Shown here one piece after another: positions 1-14,971 of a stretch of DNA of 64,000 nucleotides. Numbering within the stretch: position 1 is the first letter of the stretch; each line of letters begins with the position of its first letter. The notes beneath the pieces were generated by a model that was not told where the DNA came from, searched no databases, and was given only the letters and a program-made list of their open reading frames with translations. The translations under genes and the position numbers were made by a program. This DNA comes from Schmidtea polychroa. Lineage: Eukaryota. The DNA lies in NCBI GenBank assembly GCA_044892525.1, contig CM097885.1, positions 18,354,001-18,418,000 of the forward strand, read 5' to 3'.

Positions 1-3000
1 AAAAATTTACCCAAAATAAACACTCGAATTGATAATTATTTCCAAATCAAATATTCGAACACTTCTTGTTCTTAAAATCTTTTCAAAATTACAATTATCG
101 AACAGTTAAAATGAATGCAATAAATGTATTTGGTTATTATATTTTGTAATGAATGCTGTGTTATAAAATTAATGCGTTAAAAAGAAATTATGTGAGACTT
201 TTTGATATGTCTCGGGGTTTAATTTATTCTCAGGAATGCCCTTTGAATATTTTCGACGCGAATTTTTGGCTAATTTTTATGATTATTGTTTGGGTATTTA
301 TACAATTCCCAGAATTAATAAATAAAAAGATTTTAATTTCCGGCTTATATGCACGGAATATTGTTAATTATATTACATATAAATATTTCATTATTATTTT
401 TTTTAAAAGCAGATGTTTTCTGATTTATAATATTTTTAAACTATATTAATTTCCGGCTTGTACGCACGGAATAATGTTATAATAATGTTATAATAATATT
501 ATATATTTTTAATTTTATAATAATATTTTCGTGCAATAGTTATATTAATATTTCAGTGACGAAATTTCTAATAGTACTTAATTATTTTTTTGTAATTATT
601 AATTTACCCTTTTTGTAATAATATTAAATATGCATAAGGAAAGATATATCCCAAACCGTATATTAAATAAATCAAACTACTTAATAATATATACAATATT
701 CTACATAATATCAATTAATAAAAATGTACACAGATAATCAAAAATTCTAAATAGTTAATAATAACACGAGGGATAATCACAAATGATTGTCAGTTGAATA
801 ATTGTCCGTTCGATATATACAATGGATTTACGAATGATTGTCAGCTCGAAATATACATTGCATTGGATTGGATTGATATTGTTGGCCTTTCATGATGATT
901 TATTGTCTTTTTTCGGCGCATATGTTGACTCTGTAACTCTCAGGCTCCGTTCTGTAATACTTATTGAGGGTAAATTTGGTGATGGGCCTACCCTCATCAT
1001 CCAACACATGTTATAAAATTAATATCTTATTGCGTGTTATATTTTAATATAATATTAATATCTTATATACTATTATATAATAAAGATATGTTTTGCACTT
1101 CTAATAGTAATGATTTTTTATACTAATGGTTTATTTAAATTTTAGAATAATATTATAATTAGTTAATATCAATGTTTTATTCATTTAGTCCCTTTTTATT
1201 TAAATGTTAAGTATGTCATAAAATATAATTTTTTAATAAAATTTACTAGATGAGATAAATCACAAAGAATGATCAATTATTAGCTAAATATATAGAATAA
1301 AAGTTAACCAATATACACAGAATGAAGAAATTTATAACATAAAGGAGTCAGTTGTCATAGAAATAAAAATAGAAATAGTCATGAAGCACATAAAATATGA
1401 AACCGTCACATATATTAAATAGTCAATGTTGCTAGACTTGATAGCATGAGGGGTAATTGATTGTTTCTGGATGGACTGTTTCTGGACGAATATTGCCTGG
1501 ATTGTATTGTTTTCCAATGATTCACTTTATTGCCTTTCTTTGGCACATATATTAACCCTATATTTTCAGGGCCTCGTCTTATAGTATTTATTGAGGGTGA
1601 ATGTGGTGATGGGCCTACCCTCATCATACAAAATTTATGTTGTATTGAATGCTATGTGGTTTATAGCTACATTATGTAACTTTATCTATTTGAATTTCCC
1701 TTAACGATTTTAATTATTAAGCAGTAATCACATCAATTAAGTAGTAAGCGCACCGAGAAAACTTTGGCTTTATTCAGTTTGCAAAATATTTGGATATTAA
1801 GATTAGAAAGCAAGAGTCTTGTAAAGATCCTTTAAATGAACTTTGTCAATGAATCTTCTATTGGTACTTCTATCCAAGAAATGAGCAACTTAGCAGGTCC
1901 AGTTGGTTCTCAAATTTATTTAAGGATTTCACTCAACCTGAACAGCACCAACATCATTCGTGATAGAGGGGTTTGGTTAAAATGTGTTTAGGTTCAGCTT
2001 ATGGTATTTAAAACTGAACCGTATTGATTACTATGATACAGAAACGCGTTAGTAGTTTTAGCGAAGAAAATAGGACAATAGACAAAATCCCATATCAGAA
2101 TTTTTGTAAAATATTTTCAATTTGTAATGGAAATTCAATCATGTTTATTCTGAAAATATTATTTAAAACTAACAAATATAAGTTAACTTAATTTTTACTA
2201 ATTATTTATAAATTTAAATGAAATATTTCATTTCAAATATGCATTGTTTAACCGTATCATATTACAATTTTATTAAAAATTTAAATTAATAGGGAGCATC
2301 TTGATCATTAAAGTTAGTATTTGTATGAAATTTTAGTTATAATTTATTTAATAAATTTTATCAAATTTTGTTTTCGTTGGTATGGTAAGTTTATTATCAT
2401 ATTTTAAATTATAATTTTGACATGTGTATTTGTAATATATTGCATAAGTTATAAAATTGTTTATTTTTATAAGTGATAGTATTATATTTATTCAATGCTG
2501 AAAGATTTAAAAGCTATGAAATAAAACAACTGTAGGATAGTTTCAATGAAAATAATAAATATGATTCATCGTGTAATTTCAAGAATAGTTAAATCAAACC
2601 AATAAATGACAAATTCTGCTTATAGACAACAAATTTATTATTGGTGGTAATAAGATATTCTATTAAATGAAATTATAGAAATTCTAATAAACCGAACGGA
2701 AAAATTTGGAATTTTACAGCTTTTAAATTACTCATTAACAAATTTTATTAACCATCTGATAATTTTCTCAAAATTTTATGTTTAAAATGTATTCTTTATA
2801 TATTTTTAAATACAAAAATGAAATTGATGCAACAAAATTATTTTAACATTTAAAATTTTTAATGAATTAAAATGACAAAAATATTTTCAACAGTTCTATT
2901 TGATCCACAGACAAAAAGGCCAATTAAATAAATGATAGTAGCAATAAAAATAAAAGTAATGATTCAGACTAAAATCTTTTTATAATAGTATTTATTTAAA

Positions 3001-3137
3001 TTTCATTAATATTATAAAGGCATCATTATTTTTTCGGTATCTCCAATATTCAAGAGTTACAATTTTAAACTATCTTTTTAAAAATTTTCCGCGTGAACAT
3101 TAATCAGAATTTTTTTTTAATTGGATATCTTATCCTA

Positions 3138-4696
3138 CAGTGGCGGACAATTGATTATCAGCACCTATACTAATATAGAAATTTATTAAAAAAACAGTTA
3201 ACAATCAATTTAAAAATTAATAAACGTATTAAACCAGTTAGCAGTATTTAGCATGTGCTTAGAATACCTGAATAACAAAAATATTAAATAATTTTCCAAA
3301 ATGAATAAAAATGGATCGGGGGAAAATGACTACATTAAATGATGTCATTCGGGAAAAAAGGAATGAAGCGAAGAAATTGGAAAAAGAAAAAGATATAGCA
3401 ACAAATCAATGAAATCGAACAATGGAACGCGACAAGGTCGTTTTTAATTAATAAGTGCAAATGAAAATGAAGAAAATAATAAAAAAAATGGGAATAATAA
3501 ATAATTAATTAGAGCAGTCGTTAAAATAAAAAGGCAAGAAAACGAAATAAAATGATATCCCAACAAATCATTTTTAGCATAGAAAACAATAGGCTACAGC
3601 AATAAGCAGGAGTCATTTCTGTCGATCAAATCTGTATCTGTTTTAAATGAGACACATATGATGGCTTAGCTAAAACTTTTCTTCAATTGGGTTCAGATCT
3701 GGTGATGATCCAGGTTAGCTATCCACCACAGGAATATTATGTTCCATGAGTTACTTTTGCACAACCTTTGCTGAGTAACATGGGGCTCTGTCATGAAGCA
3801 GATGGGCGCAATTTTGATCTGCCATGTATGGTAGGAGATGATGTGACAGTATATCAACATACACAGTGGAGTTAATTGTTGTGCCTGTTCCAGTACTGCG
3901 AATAGCAGACAATATCATCACTGTTTGATCATCCTTTGAAGCCTGGTCATTATCATAATCATCCACGTTTCTCGACTGTGAATATTTGATAGTATTCATA
4001 GTCAATCGGGTAAATGATAACGTTGATTAATGGGTCGACGAACACATGGATTATTGCAATGGAACTGCTGTACACTGACCTCATCAGCAAACATGAACTT
4101 TATGACAGTTAACAGATGTCCGCCTTAGTTGCGATTAGAAAAAACCAACCAATCTGCAATGTTCTTTTTAAAAAGACATGGTTTTGCTGCTGGATGATAA
4201 GAAGCAAGCTTGAATTTCTGTGTAAATCGTCTTTGAATAGCACGATTGTTACGATTGCAATTACCATGTAATTCACCAAGAATATGATGAGTAGATATCA
4301 ATGGATTCATGATGACACACCTGCAAATAATAGCATCATCACGTTCAGTAGTAATAGGAGGCCTTCCACATCTATGTTTTAACGAATAGCTCTCCAGATG
4401 ATTAAATCTGGAAATTGTACAATAAACTATACGATGAGTGTACTTCTAACCTCAATGCTATTTGCTTTGTAGAATATTTTTTCTTCTGTAAGATCACTAT
4501 TTGAGACCCTAAAATTTGTAAAAGTTCTTGTTTTCGACCCATGAGAAGCAACAGCAAACTTTAAATTAAAAAGACAACCGAGAGAAATCAGGCTTAAATA
4601 TACCTGAAATTGGATTTTCCAGATTCTATATTTAAAGATTCTATATTATTAAATTCTATATCACAAACAGTGCTGCTAAACCTTTGTCCGCCTCTG
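3138..4696 (-). mobile_element. Decayed Tc1-like DNA transposon
   Basis: TIRs CAGTGGCGGACAA / TTGTCCGCCTCTG (1 mismatch), each flanked by TA. Minus-strand transposase fragments (GTINSTVYVDILSHHLLP...LLHDRAPCYSAKVVQK; KPCLFKKNIADWLVF) with frameshifts and stops. Confidence 0.85.
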
Positions 4697-4779
4697 TAAT
4701 ATACCCAGATTGCACTTTAATAAATATTTCATTATTTCTTTCATTTTTTTAATAAATTCCAAAAAAATTCCTAATATTG

Positions 4780-5330
4780 CATTTGGACTCTGGATTCTTT
4801 AATATTACCACCCATCCCTCCTCTGATTCATTAACCATTGAAAAGGATTATATTCCGTATACACAATAAATTTTCTACCCAATAATTATTGCCTAAATGT
4901 AAAGACCCCAAAAACTAATACTAAAGTTTCCTTTTCAATTGCTGAATAGTTTTTTTTCGTGTGGTTGCAAAGATCTATTCGCATATGCTATCACGTGGTC
5001 TTTTTCGCGTTCCATTTTCGCCTAATACTGCCTCAGTCATTAATATGGAAGGTTTCGTGAAATCTGTGCATCACTATATAGGTGCTGTTATTAGTTTTTT
5101 CTTTAATTCACCAAAAGCATTTTGCTGATATTTGCTCCATGTAAACTTGTCTTCAATAATGAACTTAATGACTGAGCAATATCTGAAGTCCTTTATATTT
5201 TTTTGTAACAACTGACCAAACCAAGAAATTGTCTCACTTGGTCAGCATTCTTTGGGATTAGATAGACTTCAACTTTCTTAATATTTTCCGGATTAGTTTG
5301 TAGGTCTCTTGGTGATATTGTATGACAGTT
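4780..5330 (-). mobile_element. Gypsy/Ty3 LTR retrotransposon pol remnant (RT end/RNase H)
   Basis: Minus-strand pieces QVRQFLGLV, AFGELKKKLITAPI, VIAYANRSLQPHE..NYSAIEKE. Many stops and frameshifts; boundaries approximate. Confidence 0.7.
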
Positions 5331-6522
5331 ATATTCAGTTATATATAACTCTAGTGTGACGAATTCTTACTATTATATAATAAGACCTTTGAACTACGAA
5401 CAAATTAAGAAACTTAATACAGCTCTTGATCTTCCTATTTAATTTTATTTTACTCGTAGCATTCCGTGATATCCTGACTTACCTGTCGCCAGCACTGCAC
5501 GGACATGCAGAGGCGTACAAAATGTCGACATTAGGTCGTTAAGTACGTTGCCGTTATTCAATTTAGTCATCGCTCTTACAAGTCACAAGGAGATTACCGC
5601 TGAACGGCGTAGTAGCAACTAATCACTTCTCGTAGGTCAATATCATTCATGATTTACTATCTCGTAGTTTATAATGGTGACTGAGCCGAAAAAGGTTTAG
5701 TGATTTTATTGTATGAAAGTGAATTCGTTTTTTGAAGATAAAAAAATAAAATAAAAATTCGATTCAAGACTTTAATCGCATATTATTAAACATTCGGAGT
5801 TACATATACATAATACTAATGCAAATCCTTGTTTCTTCAAGCTAGCACAAATTCAGATAAATTTGGTCTACCCAAAATTTCAGCATTAAATTGTGACTGA
5901 AATGTGTCAGTATTTATAGTCTCATTTTGGTGTGCGAGTATGTGTGAGTGCACTGATTTAGTAAGACAAATTTGAGGAATTTTAATTCTGATTAATTTTT
6001 GATTATAATTTTTCTAAATTTTGATGGAGATTTTTTATACTTTATTTTATTTTATGATTTTTTTTAAAATTTAATTTTAATTAATTTCGCCGCCATGATG
6101 GATATATCCATTTTCTAGAATATTCGATGGTACTTTATTGACTTAATTGGTTTTACTACAATAATTTTATTATATAATTCCTATTTCTTTTAATTCTTAC
6201 GTTATTTTATTCTAGTTTTGTGGTAATTTAATTTCTAAATTTTTATATTTTTACTTAACTTCAATTAACTTTTGGTGGTCATGATGGATTTCTCCATTTT
6301 GGTGGATTACAGATAAGCAAACATTTTACCTTGTCGTGCTGTTTTCAGAGTAACCCAGGATACCCACTTGATACCCAACAATACTAATGACAAAAAAAAT
6401 AATAATAATAGTATAAAATAATGATTTCTTGGTAGCAGCATTTATTATTTAAAACAATAAAATGATAATTTAAGCCTTTTGCTGCAAATAATGTATTTAA
6501 TGAAAAAATTTTCGACTATAAG

Positions 6523-6652
<130 letters not shown>

Positions 6653-6737
6653 GGATAATAATGATAATAATGATAAGGATAGCGCTAATATTGATAATCA
6701 AAGTAACAAAGTTTGGCAATTATGTAATTATTTATAC

Positions 6738-8714
6738 CAGGGGTGGGGAACCTGTGGCCTTTAGGCCGCACGCGGCCTCCCGGAACTTCATATATCGATT
6801 CATAGTCAAGCTTTTCACTAAATCCAATGGCAATTGAAAAGAAATCAGTGATTTATATATACTATTCGAAATCCGAGTTAATAATGACTTATAACTGCTC
6901 TTTTATAACAAGTTGCATTACCATTTCAAAGTTTATCTTCTAAAGTGCAATAGACACACCTTATGATATTATAGGCCAATGACTTTATAGTACTCATTAA
7001 AGAAATTGAAAAAAGTAAGAATTTGAAAATCATAATGAAATCAAAAGAATGAATCAGAAAAGCTGCATAAATAAAAGTAAATTAAAATGTTAATAATAAG
7101 TAATATCGATACAAATCATACAACCATAACCGACCATAACAACAACAAGAAGCAAGCTATTATAGAGAAAACAAAAAAACCGGCATTATAGAACATACTT
7201 AGTATTCAAAGATGCAATCAGCCTAAATAATGATCATTCCGTAATTATAAAGCATTTTCATTCGAATTATCATAAACAATTGGGAGAGCAAATACTTTAT
7301 ACCTATACTATATATCAGGGGTGGGCACGCATGAGGTCCTAGAGAGCCACATGGCTCATCAAAGAGCCGCACTTGCCCACCCCTGGTATATAGTGTAGTG
7401 AGACATGTATTATTTAAATATTGCTTATAAAAAGAATCAAACAAGGTAGAATGTAATAAGGAAATATTAAATTTTGATTCTAAATACCGCCATCGAATGA
7501 CACTATAAATTTTAATTCTGTTTACACCTATTTTGTGACACAGGTAAAAATGAACTAACCATGAAAATACAATTGCAACAAAAAATTTTTTTTTAAAAAT
7601 TCAGTTGAAAAAATTTCAAAATAAAAAAATCGAATTCAATTTTCAAATTCAATTTTCAAAAATTCAATTATCAATGAGCCGCAGTTTACTCAACGAAGAG
7701 CCGCTGCTATATACCTATACTATATACCTATATTTTATCTATCATTTAATTATTTATCTTTTATTTAACTTTTTTCTAATTATCATCTTATTTATTTTTT
7801 ATCTACCTTTATCAATCTTTTATCCATTTATTTATTTTTATCTATTTTACTTCTTTTCATCTGCCTATATTCGGCTATTTCATGAAGAGTATTGACGACT
7901 ATGAAAAAAATGAGAATACAAGATCAAGTCATGACTCCAAGAGAAACATGTCACTGATTGATACATCTATGGGGAATTATTGGCTTGGCATTGAATTGGA
8001 TTTCAAATTCGTTATTGATTGTATTGATTTTTTTGTCTCAAGGTCATATAAATCCAGGAGGTCTTAAACTTGTCAATAATGGTTGTTTCTTTAACAATTC
8101 CTCCCATGCATGTTACCGATTGCTGAGAATACCAATAATAATATCCATATTTTTCTCGTGCCAGCAATTCACATTATCCAAAATATCGTTTAATTCAAAT
8201 AGATTTTATAACAAATTTGAAGAAATTATAAAGATGTTTCATGTTGATTTTGGCCTCAGCAGCCTTATCGAAATAAATCTTAATTTGTATAAAAACCATG
8301 AATTTTGATGATTTACAAATAAAAAGACTTGTAACTACTGAACTGTATATATCGTACTGTACAAGCATCCCACCGAGTACAAAGAACGAAATATAAAATT
8401 CAATCATTCACACCCATAAATACAAAACGTATGTAGACGAATAAATAAGATTATTGAGCACTCATTTGTGAAATGATGACTTATTTGCATCAATTTTTCG
8501 ATTCAGAAATAATAAACATATTCCAGAATATTTCGTACAGCTGCATTATTCAAATCAGGAGACTGATTTTAAACACTGTTTTAATTACTAACTGTATACA
8601 AACAAAAGATTTTAAATGAAATTAATTAATGTTAAAATACTTTTCACTGCGGCCCCATTTGGAGGCGACAAATTTCAATGTGGCCTATGGAAATAAAAAG
8701 GTTCCCCACCCCTG
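6738..8714. mobile_element. Non-autonomous or decayed hAT element
   Basis: 16-bp TIR CAGGGGTGGGGAACCT / AGGTTCCCCACCCCTG with perfect 8-bp TSD ATTTATAC (6730-6737, 8715-8722). No intact transposase. Confidence 0.9.
7316..7385. mobile_element. 70-bp hAT micro-MITE nested in the 6738-8714 element
   Basis: TIR CAGGGGTGGGCA / TGCCCACCCCTG; imperfect 8-bp TSD CTATATAT/GTATATAG. Confidence 0.75.
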
Positions 8715-10090
8715 ATTTATACCTATATTCTTTATTTATAATACAGATTTTTAAAACTAAGTTTTATGCAAAATTTATCTCATAATTAGAAATTATTATT
8801 TTTAGAAATATTTTAGCACGCCATAATAATTTTGTGACGGCAGAGTTAATTTTAATTTTTTCTCTACGCCATCATGCCTCATAAGTTTTTTGTGACGTCA
8901 TGATGACTATTATTATGCTCCACAATTTTTTAAGGCTAAAAGCCTATCTCTAAAATATGTTTCATTAATTTTTCTACCCTTTCTTGAATTCTATAATAAA
9001 TTAGAAAGTGCAACTACTAATTAATTTTTAGCTCACGGGTGAATATAATTGTTTTTTTATTATTTTTAAATTATAAGTGGTTTTTGTCAAAAGCAACAAC
9101 GTTTATTGATTTTTTTATATTATAGAAGATTTTATTCCAATCAAACAGGGGCATAATAAATTAGAAGATGTAACTGCTAATGAGTTTTCAGCACACATGT
9201 ATGTTTTTAATAATATACAAATGCGCAATTTTTCTTATTCAATTTATTTTAAGCTAGTTTTTTAGTGTCATATTGAATTTTAGTAATAATAATTTTTAAG
9301 TTGTTTGCAAATTAATTTTCATGCTTTTAATAAAATAATTTTTAAAAAATAATTTTTTTTATGTTTAAAAATAAATGAAATATGCGCATGAATTTTTCTT
9401 TTGACAAATAAAAAATTTACTAAATTAAAATAGTGTAAATTGATAATATAGCTAACGATGTGAAAAGAGCTTTTCAAATTAAATCGAATTGAGAATTCTC
9501 TAAATAAGTTGACAAAGGTTTGAAGACGCAAATTTTCAAAATATCTGTAATAGCATTCATTCACATTTAGGGAAATTTACCCAAAGAACTAAATCAAATA
9601 GCGGTCCTCATCCACATTTGATGTGAGACGATATAAAATCTTAAAAATTATTTTCCTTCATAATTAGTTCAAAATTCTCATAAAGTAGTAAAATTAAATT
9701 AAATTAAAAAATTAAAGTTTATTGAAACAATTCGTTCTGATAATAATTTTTAATATATTTGATAACGATTCCTTCGCCTTAGAATAGCTTGATACCCTGC
9801 CTGTCTATAATAAATGAGAATGATTAAATTTAATAGAATTAATCTTATCTTAGATCTTTTCAACTCTAGCCCTTGAGATTTCAACGATATCTTTTTCATG
9901 TCTGATTGGAAATTATGAAGCACAACGGGGTCAATAAAAATAAACAACAATATTAAGTTTATTAATTGATTAATTTAAATTAATTAGTAAGTTATTATTC
10001 CTCATTGGATCTATTATAAAACCTTAATAGAATATTCAAAATGAATATGCTTATTTCCCCATTGTGCTTCACCTTTCCTCCAAACTTGAA

Positions 10091-11550
10091 TCAGTTATTG
10101 TCCTCTGTCAAACAACTCTTGTCAAATATATAACTTTTCCTAAGTTTATATTTCTTCAATATTCCATTGTTGTAATAATATCTAGAAAGTAAATATGATT
10201 GAAATGGAAAAGGTAAACAAATGAAAACCTCAAATTTCTTGACATGGATTCGTAAGTCATAGTTTCATTGCCTTGAAATATTCCCCATAAAGCGGCAATC
10301 TTTTTAGTATTTTTGATGATGAAAGATCCTTCTTGTTCGTCTATCCACGCGACTCCCATGTCATGTTGTCTTGCACATTTATCTTTTAGAACAAATAAGA
10401 AGAATTGCCACATTTCCATCCGACATGAAATGTTGTCACGAACGTTCTCAATAATTTCTATTTGTTTTCTTGTTAACTCAAAATAAAATTTCGATTTTTT
10501 CGGAATGGGTCTCAAACTGATATCTTTTACTGATCTTGAAGGTTTTGAACATTTCCTGACGTCATTAGAGGAAGAGTCAGAAACTTTTTCATTATATCTA
10601 TTATTTTGTAACTTAAGATTGGAAGGTTGTAATTTTTGATGATTTATCAATTCCTTAGTTATGTAAGAATCTGCAGTCATGAATCCCGAGGACATATATC
10701 CACTATCATAATTCAGTTTTGGTAATTTATAATTATTATCATTATTATTTTCATTTCCATCAAAATGGCAATTATCAAAACTTCTTTTTTTGTCAGTAGA
10801 TAAAATCGAATTGTCTAATTCTTTCGGGTTGATTAGTCTATGAATTAGTTTTGGTTTTTTCTTCGTATGAATTTGATTTTGAATATTTACAAAATCATTA
10901 GGAGCAGATTCATATACATAATTTTCAGTCATATAACCAGACATATTATTTGCCATTGGTGTATATAAATGGGCGTTGGAATAATTTGGATAGTTACTGT
11001 TAGGTAGACTTATATATCCGGATGGGATTCCGAAAGGTTGGGGCATAAATTGTAGGTCATTGTTATTGTGACTGTTGAATAATTGATGATTGTTGTTTAT
11101 GTTCAATAAATTTTGATTCGAAATAAATTGGTTATTATTATTATTATTATAATCATTTTGCAATGAAGTATTATTGTTTATTCCAAATTTCGATTCATAT
11201 TGATTATAATTCTGATTGTAAGGATTATAAATAAAGTTATTAGACATTGATGGAGTCAATGGATCTTGAGGAAGAGGTTGATCGATTAATGGATTGAACT
11301 CTAAAATAACAATGAATAAAGTCAGTGAATTTTTAAATATTACCAGGTAAATCTTTAATGATTTCATCGAATACTAAAGAAATTAGAACATATAATTTAA
11401 ATGGTATACTTAATAAATTGCTTACGTTCATTGTCGGGCAAAAAGCTATCAGATTGATCTAAATTTAAATAAATTAAATAAAGTTAATTAAAATATTTAA
11501 TAATTACCTTTAAAAATCTCGTCGAACCAAGCTTGATCATCCTGGTTCAT
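10091..11550 (-). CDS. ETS-domain transcription factor (paralog 1), 5 exons
   Basis: Exons 11550-11508, 11458-11426, 11373-11344, 11300-10229, 10181-10091 with GT-AG introns of 43-52 nt keep the frame open. C-terminal MWQFFLFVLKD...W...F...IAALWG...MTYESMSRNLRYYY..GIL.K...Y.F matches the ETS consensus. N-terminus is acidic, then N/Q/P-rich. Confidence 0.9.
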
Positions 11551-12369
11551 TGTATCTGAATGATGGATGTTTCAATTAAATACTCATGATAGGATATATA
11601 ATCTCTTACCTAATACATTTCCAAATAAATCACAGTTACTTTGAAAATGATCTTTCTTGTTTAAATTATCGGTAATAATATTATTCTGAAACGATATATA
11701 AATTGAATATTATACAAATGATAAACTGACATTGTTTTGCATTTTAATCGTTTAGTTATTATTGAATTTGCGAATTCTTATATAGCAGAAATATTCAATA
11801 AAAATAAAGAATAGAAGGATTGAAATTTGAAAGGATTGGTTTTCCATTTTATTTGATATTGCAGCATAATACATTGAATTTCTTGTATAAATAGTTGTTT
11901 TATAAAATTGCTATCCATCTTGATTAATTTACAAATTAAATTCATAGATTTTGGTAGGCTTGATTTTAATATTCGACACTTTCTAACAGAAGTTTATCGT
12001 TATCATATTAAAAATATTGATTTTTAAAAATCTTTGATAACTCAAAATTGTCCTAGTAACAAATAATATGATGTCATATGAAATAACACTAATAAAATTT
12101 ATTGATTGTTATTCCGGTTAACGATATTCAGTAAAATTTGTCGTTCAATGTTATAAAGTAAAATCATAATAATTTATATGTGAATAATAAATATTTGATC
12201 TACATTATTTTTATTGAATATTGTTAAAATTTATCGTGTTTCCTGTTTGTAATTAATTTCTTTTTTTAATGTTACGCATTAATTTTATTATTTTCCAATG
12301 AGATTTCAATAAGTTAACTGAAACTAAATAAACATATGAGTTAAGATAATGATACTTTCCAAAGGCTGA

Positions 12370-13170
12370 TTTGATACGAAGTGAACCCGTTGTCCATTGT
12401 AATATTTCACCCTGTATGTAATATTGGCTCAATCAATCTTTTCACTATTGAATCGGATTTATTATCCTTTTTATATGGACCTTCCGGTTGTTTTCCGACT
12501 TAAACTTCCATTTTTGCAGTATAGTATACATCGGAATCCACCAGTGCGAATATTTTAATTCCATATTTTGCTGGTTTGTTTGGAATATATTGCTTTTAAC
12601 TACGTCAGCGAAAACTTTCCAGGAGTTCGTTCACCGTGGCAAACATGCCAATTTTATAAATATTTTCACATCGATTTGAAAAATAATCAGTTCTAGTTTG
12701 TCGATTTTTTTCCTTTCCTCTTGATCGACTTAATTATCAAATCGCAATGCTCTGGTTAGGATATAAAATCGATTATAGCGCATCGTAAATCTAAAACATT
12801 CTGGAGCTGTAACATCAGTATCCCAAAGATCTTCTACATTCGCACGAGAAGATTTTAGAACTCCTGCTATGTATAACAACCCAAATAAGGCCTTTATTTC
12901 ATTCAACGTCGTTGCCAATACGTCTCGCTCACGGCTGTATTTGCTCCTCATTTGGTCTAAACGACTGTTCGTGTGGTCGACAATTTCAGCGAGGATTTTA
13001 TTTGGCATTCTTGTGGGGATTTTGCGTTTTTTTCGAAAGAATTCACCCCGGGTTGGCTGGTAACAATATTCCATCTTCTTGTTCGTCCGCTCTTCGAAGG
13101 TGGATGAGCTCTACATACGTATTTTTTATATTTTCCATAAATTATGGGTTCGTTAGGGGATATATATGGG
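12370..13170 (-). mobile_element. piggyBac transposase remnant
   Basis: EIKALFGLLYIAG...EDLW...F..MRYNRF..LTRALRFDN, then KQYIPNKPAKYGIKIFALVD and NITMDNGFTS motifs. Stops and frameshifts; no termini found. Confidence 0.85.
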
Positions 13171-13321
13171 ATCTACAAGTGGGATTTATACACTTCCAGA
13201 CATATTTATCTTTTTGTATAGTGTTTTGTACCTCAGCAATTGTCAGTAAACAATAATTACAAATTACTGTACATAAAATTCCTTTTTGTCTAAAAATCGC
13301 AATTAAGTTCGCTGAACATTC

Positions 13322-14715
13322 TGTTGGTTACCTAGGGGAAAAAGAAGAATATTTACGCGCCCAGATAGAACGACCTAGATAACCTTCATGACTTATTAGT
13401 CATATCCCCTTATGTGTACCCGTGGTAATGTAACACGTTGGAGTTGTACACATAGGTCGGAATCTACCAGCAAGTGAGCTCCAATGGTAGAACTACTCCC
13501 GGTGGAATTCACAGTTCGGGTCCAAGAGTGCCGTAGAAGGACTTACCTCAATCCTTTACACAAACCGGCGTCCTGGTCTAAGGGACGTCTTTCATTTACT
13601 AGACCTCGATTATATCCATTCCCATGGACTCCAAACACAAGTTCAAATCAATCAAATAGAACTCGATAAATTCAACATCAATAAATTTTATTGGGTGACA
13701 TCAAAATATACAATAGATCACAAGTGAGTAAATCATCAAGAGTTAACTGGCAGAATGCACTCATGCATTTCATTTGGAAATGAGAATCTTTGAACAGGGA
13801 TTGATTTCATGTGACTTGGATAATAACGCATCAGATCATTTCGCGCTCGGCTAACAGGGCGTCGATATCCACCTGAAGCCGGGCATCTGCACACATGCGG
13901 GATATTTCGGTTGAGACTATTCGGAAGTTCTCCTTTGGAACAATTACTATTATCGTTGGAGCTTGCTCCTTGGAAAACTGAGCAGCGAACAGGGATGCTT
14001 CTGGTTTTTCTCGGCCCGCGATGGGCGTTTTCGCTTCTTGATAGATGAGACGGGATGGTTAGCATTAAAAGCAGGCATCGATGTAATAGTAGCTCCTGTA
14101 GGTTCCGTAGACGTTATTTACCTTGGAGGACCCTGATAGAATTGGATCTATTAAAGGTTGGAACTGGCTTCCATGTCCGCCACAACTGGACTTTAATAAT
14201 TGTGGTTCACCTTCTTGATGGTGTACAGGGAATACGTTGGTCCCATCTTTTATTGGGTATTCCCGAACTCCGCTGAATTTCCGCCTCTGAGTATACTTTA
14301 TGTAGAGCCTCAGACTGGGATTTTATTGTCAAACGTTGACATCGGCTTTCTTCTAGGAGGCTATCTCGACAGTGCTCCAGCCGCAATATCTTAGTCCTCT
14401 CCTCCTTCATTTGCGAAGGGGAGAACCATGTGCATTCATAGCATTCGATCCGTTTTTTCAACGCCCCATTATACTCTTGTAGTTTCTTTATGTCTGCGTT
14501 TTTGTCAGCGCAGGAGTAGCATGTTTGAAGACCTTTTGGGGGCAGATTTGGCTCGCACATTCTAAAGATGAAGTTTTTAAGAGAATTCATTGTAGTATTG
14601 TAACGCAACTAGTCGCCAAAGAGTTGGGGTTGTTTATCATTTACGCCTTCCCTTCCATCATCCTACATTATTACTCGCAACATTTGTTGTATTGTTGGTC
14701 GTTAGAATCCTGATT
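13322..14715. mobile_element. GC-richer insertion, possibly an LTR-retroelement remnant with a minus-strand ORF fragment
   Basis: Abrupt composition shift; starts with TG at 13322 and has AATAAA near 13680. Unrecognised Cys-containing, coiled-coil-like ORF at 14207-14608 (-). Family not identified. Confidence 0.3.
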
Positions 14716-14971
14716 CTACGGGCGAAGATTTGATCAATGTGAATTTTTAGATAATTTTTCGTTGTCATTTTACTTTATTTGAATGTTTCGTATGAAATAT
14801 AAAGCTTTGGATTATTACCAACAGAATGTATTGTTGATTTTATTGTGAAAATTCGAAAATATCAGATAGGGATAGGTAGGTAATCATAGAATTATGTATG
14901 AATATCTTATTATTAAAATTATTCGAATTGAAGATTAATTATTTGAAAATTTCTACTGTTTATCTTATGTA

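Noticed and set aside
10156..11367. 403-aa single-exon ETS ORF as listed in the track
   Set aside because: Both ends run into introns; the spliced model 10091-11550 restores the complete ETS helix.
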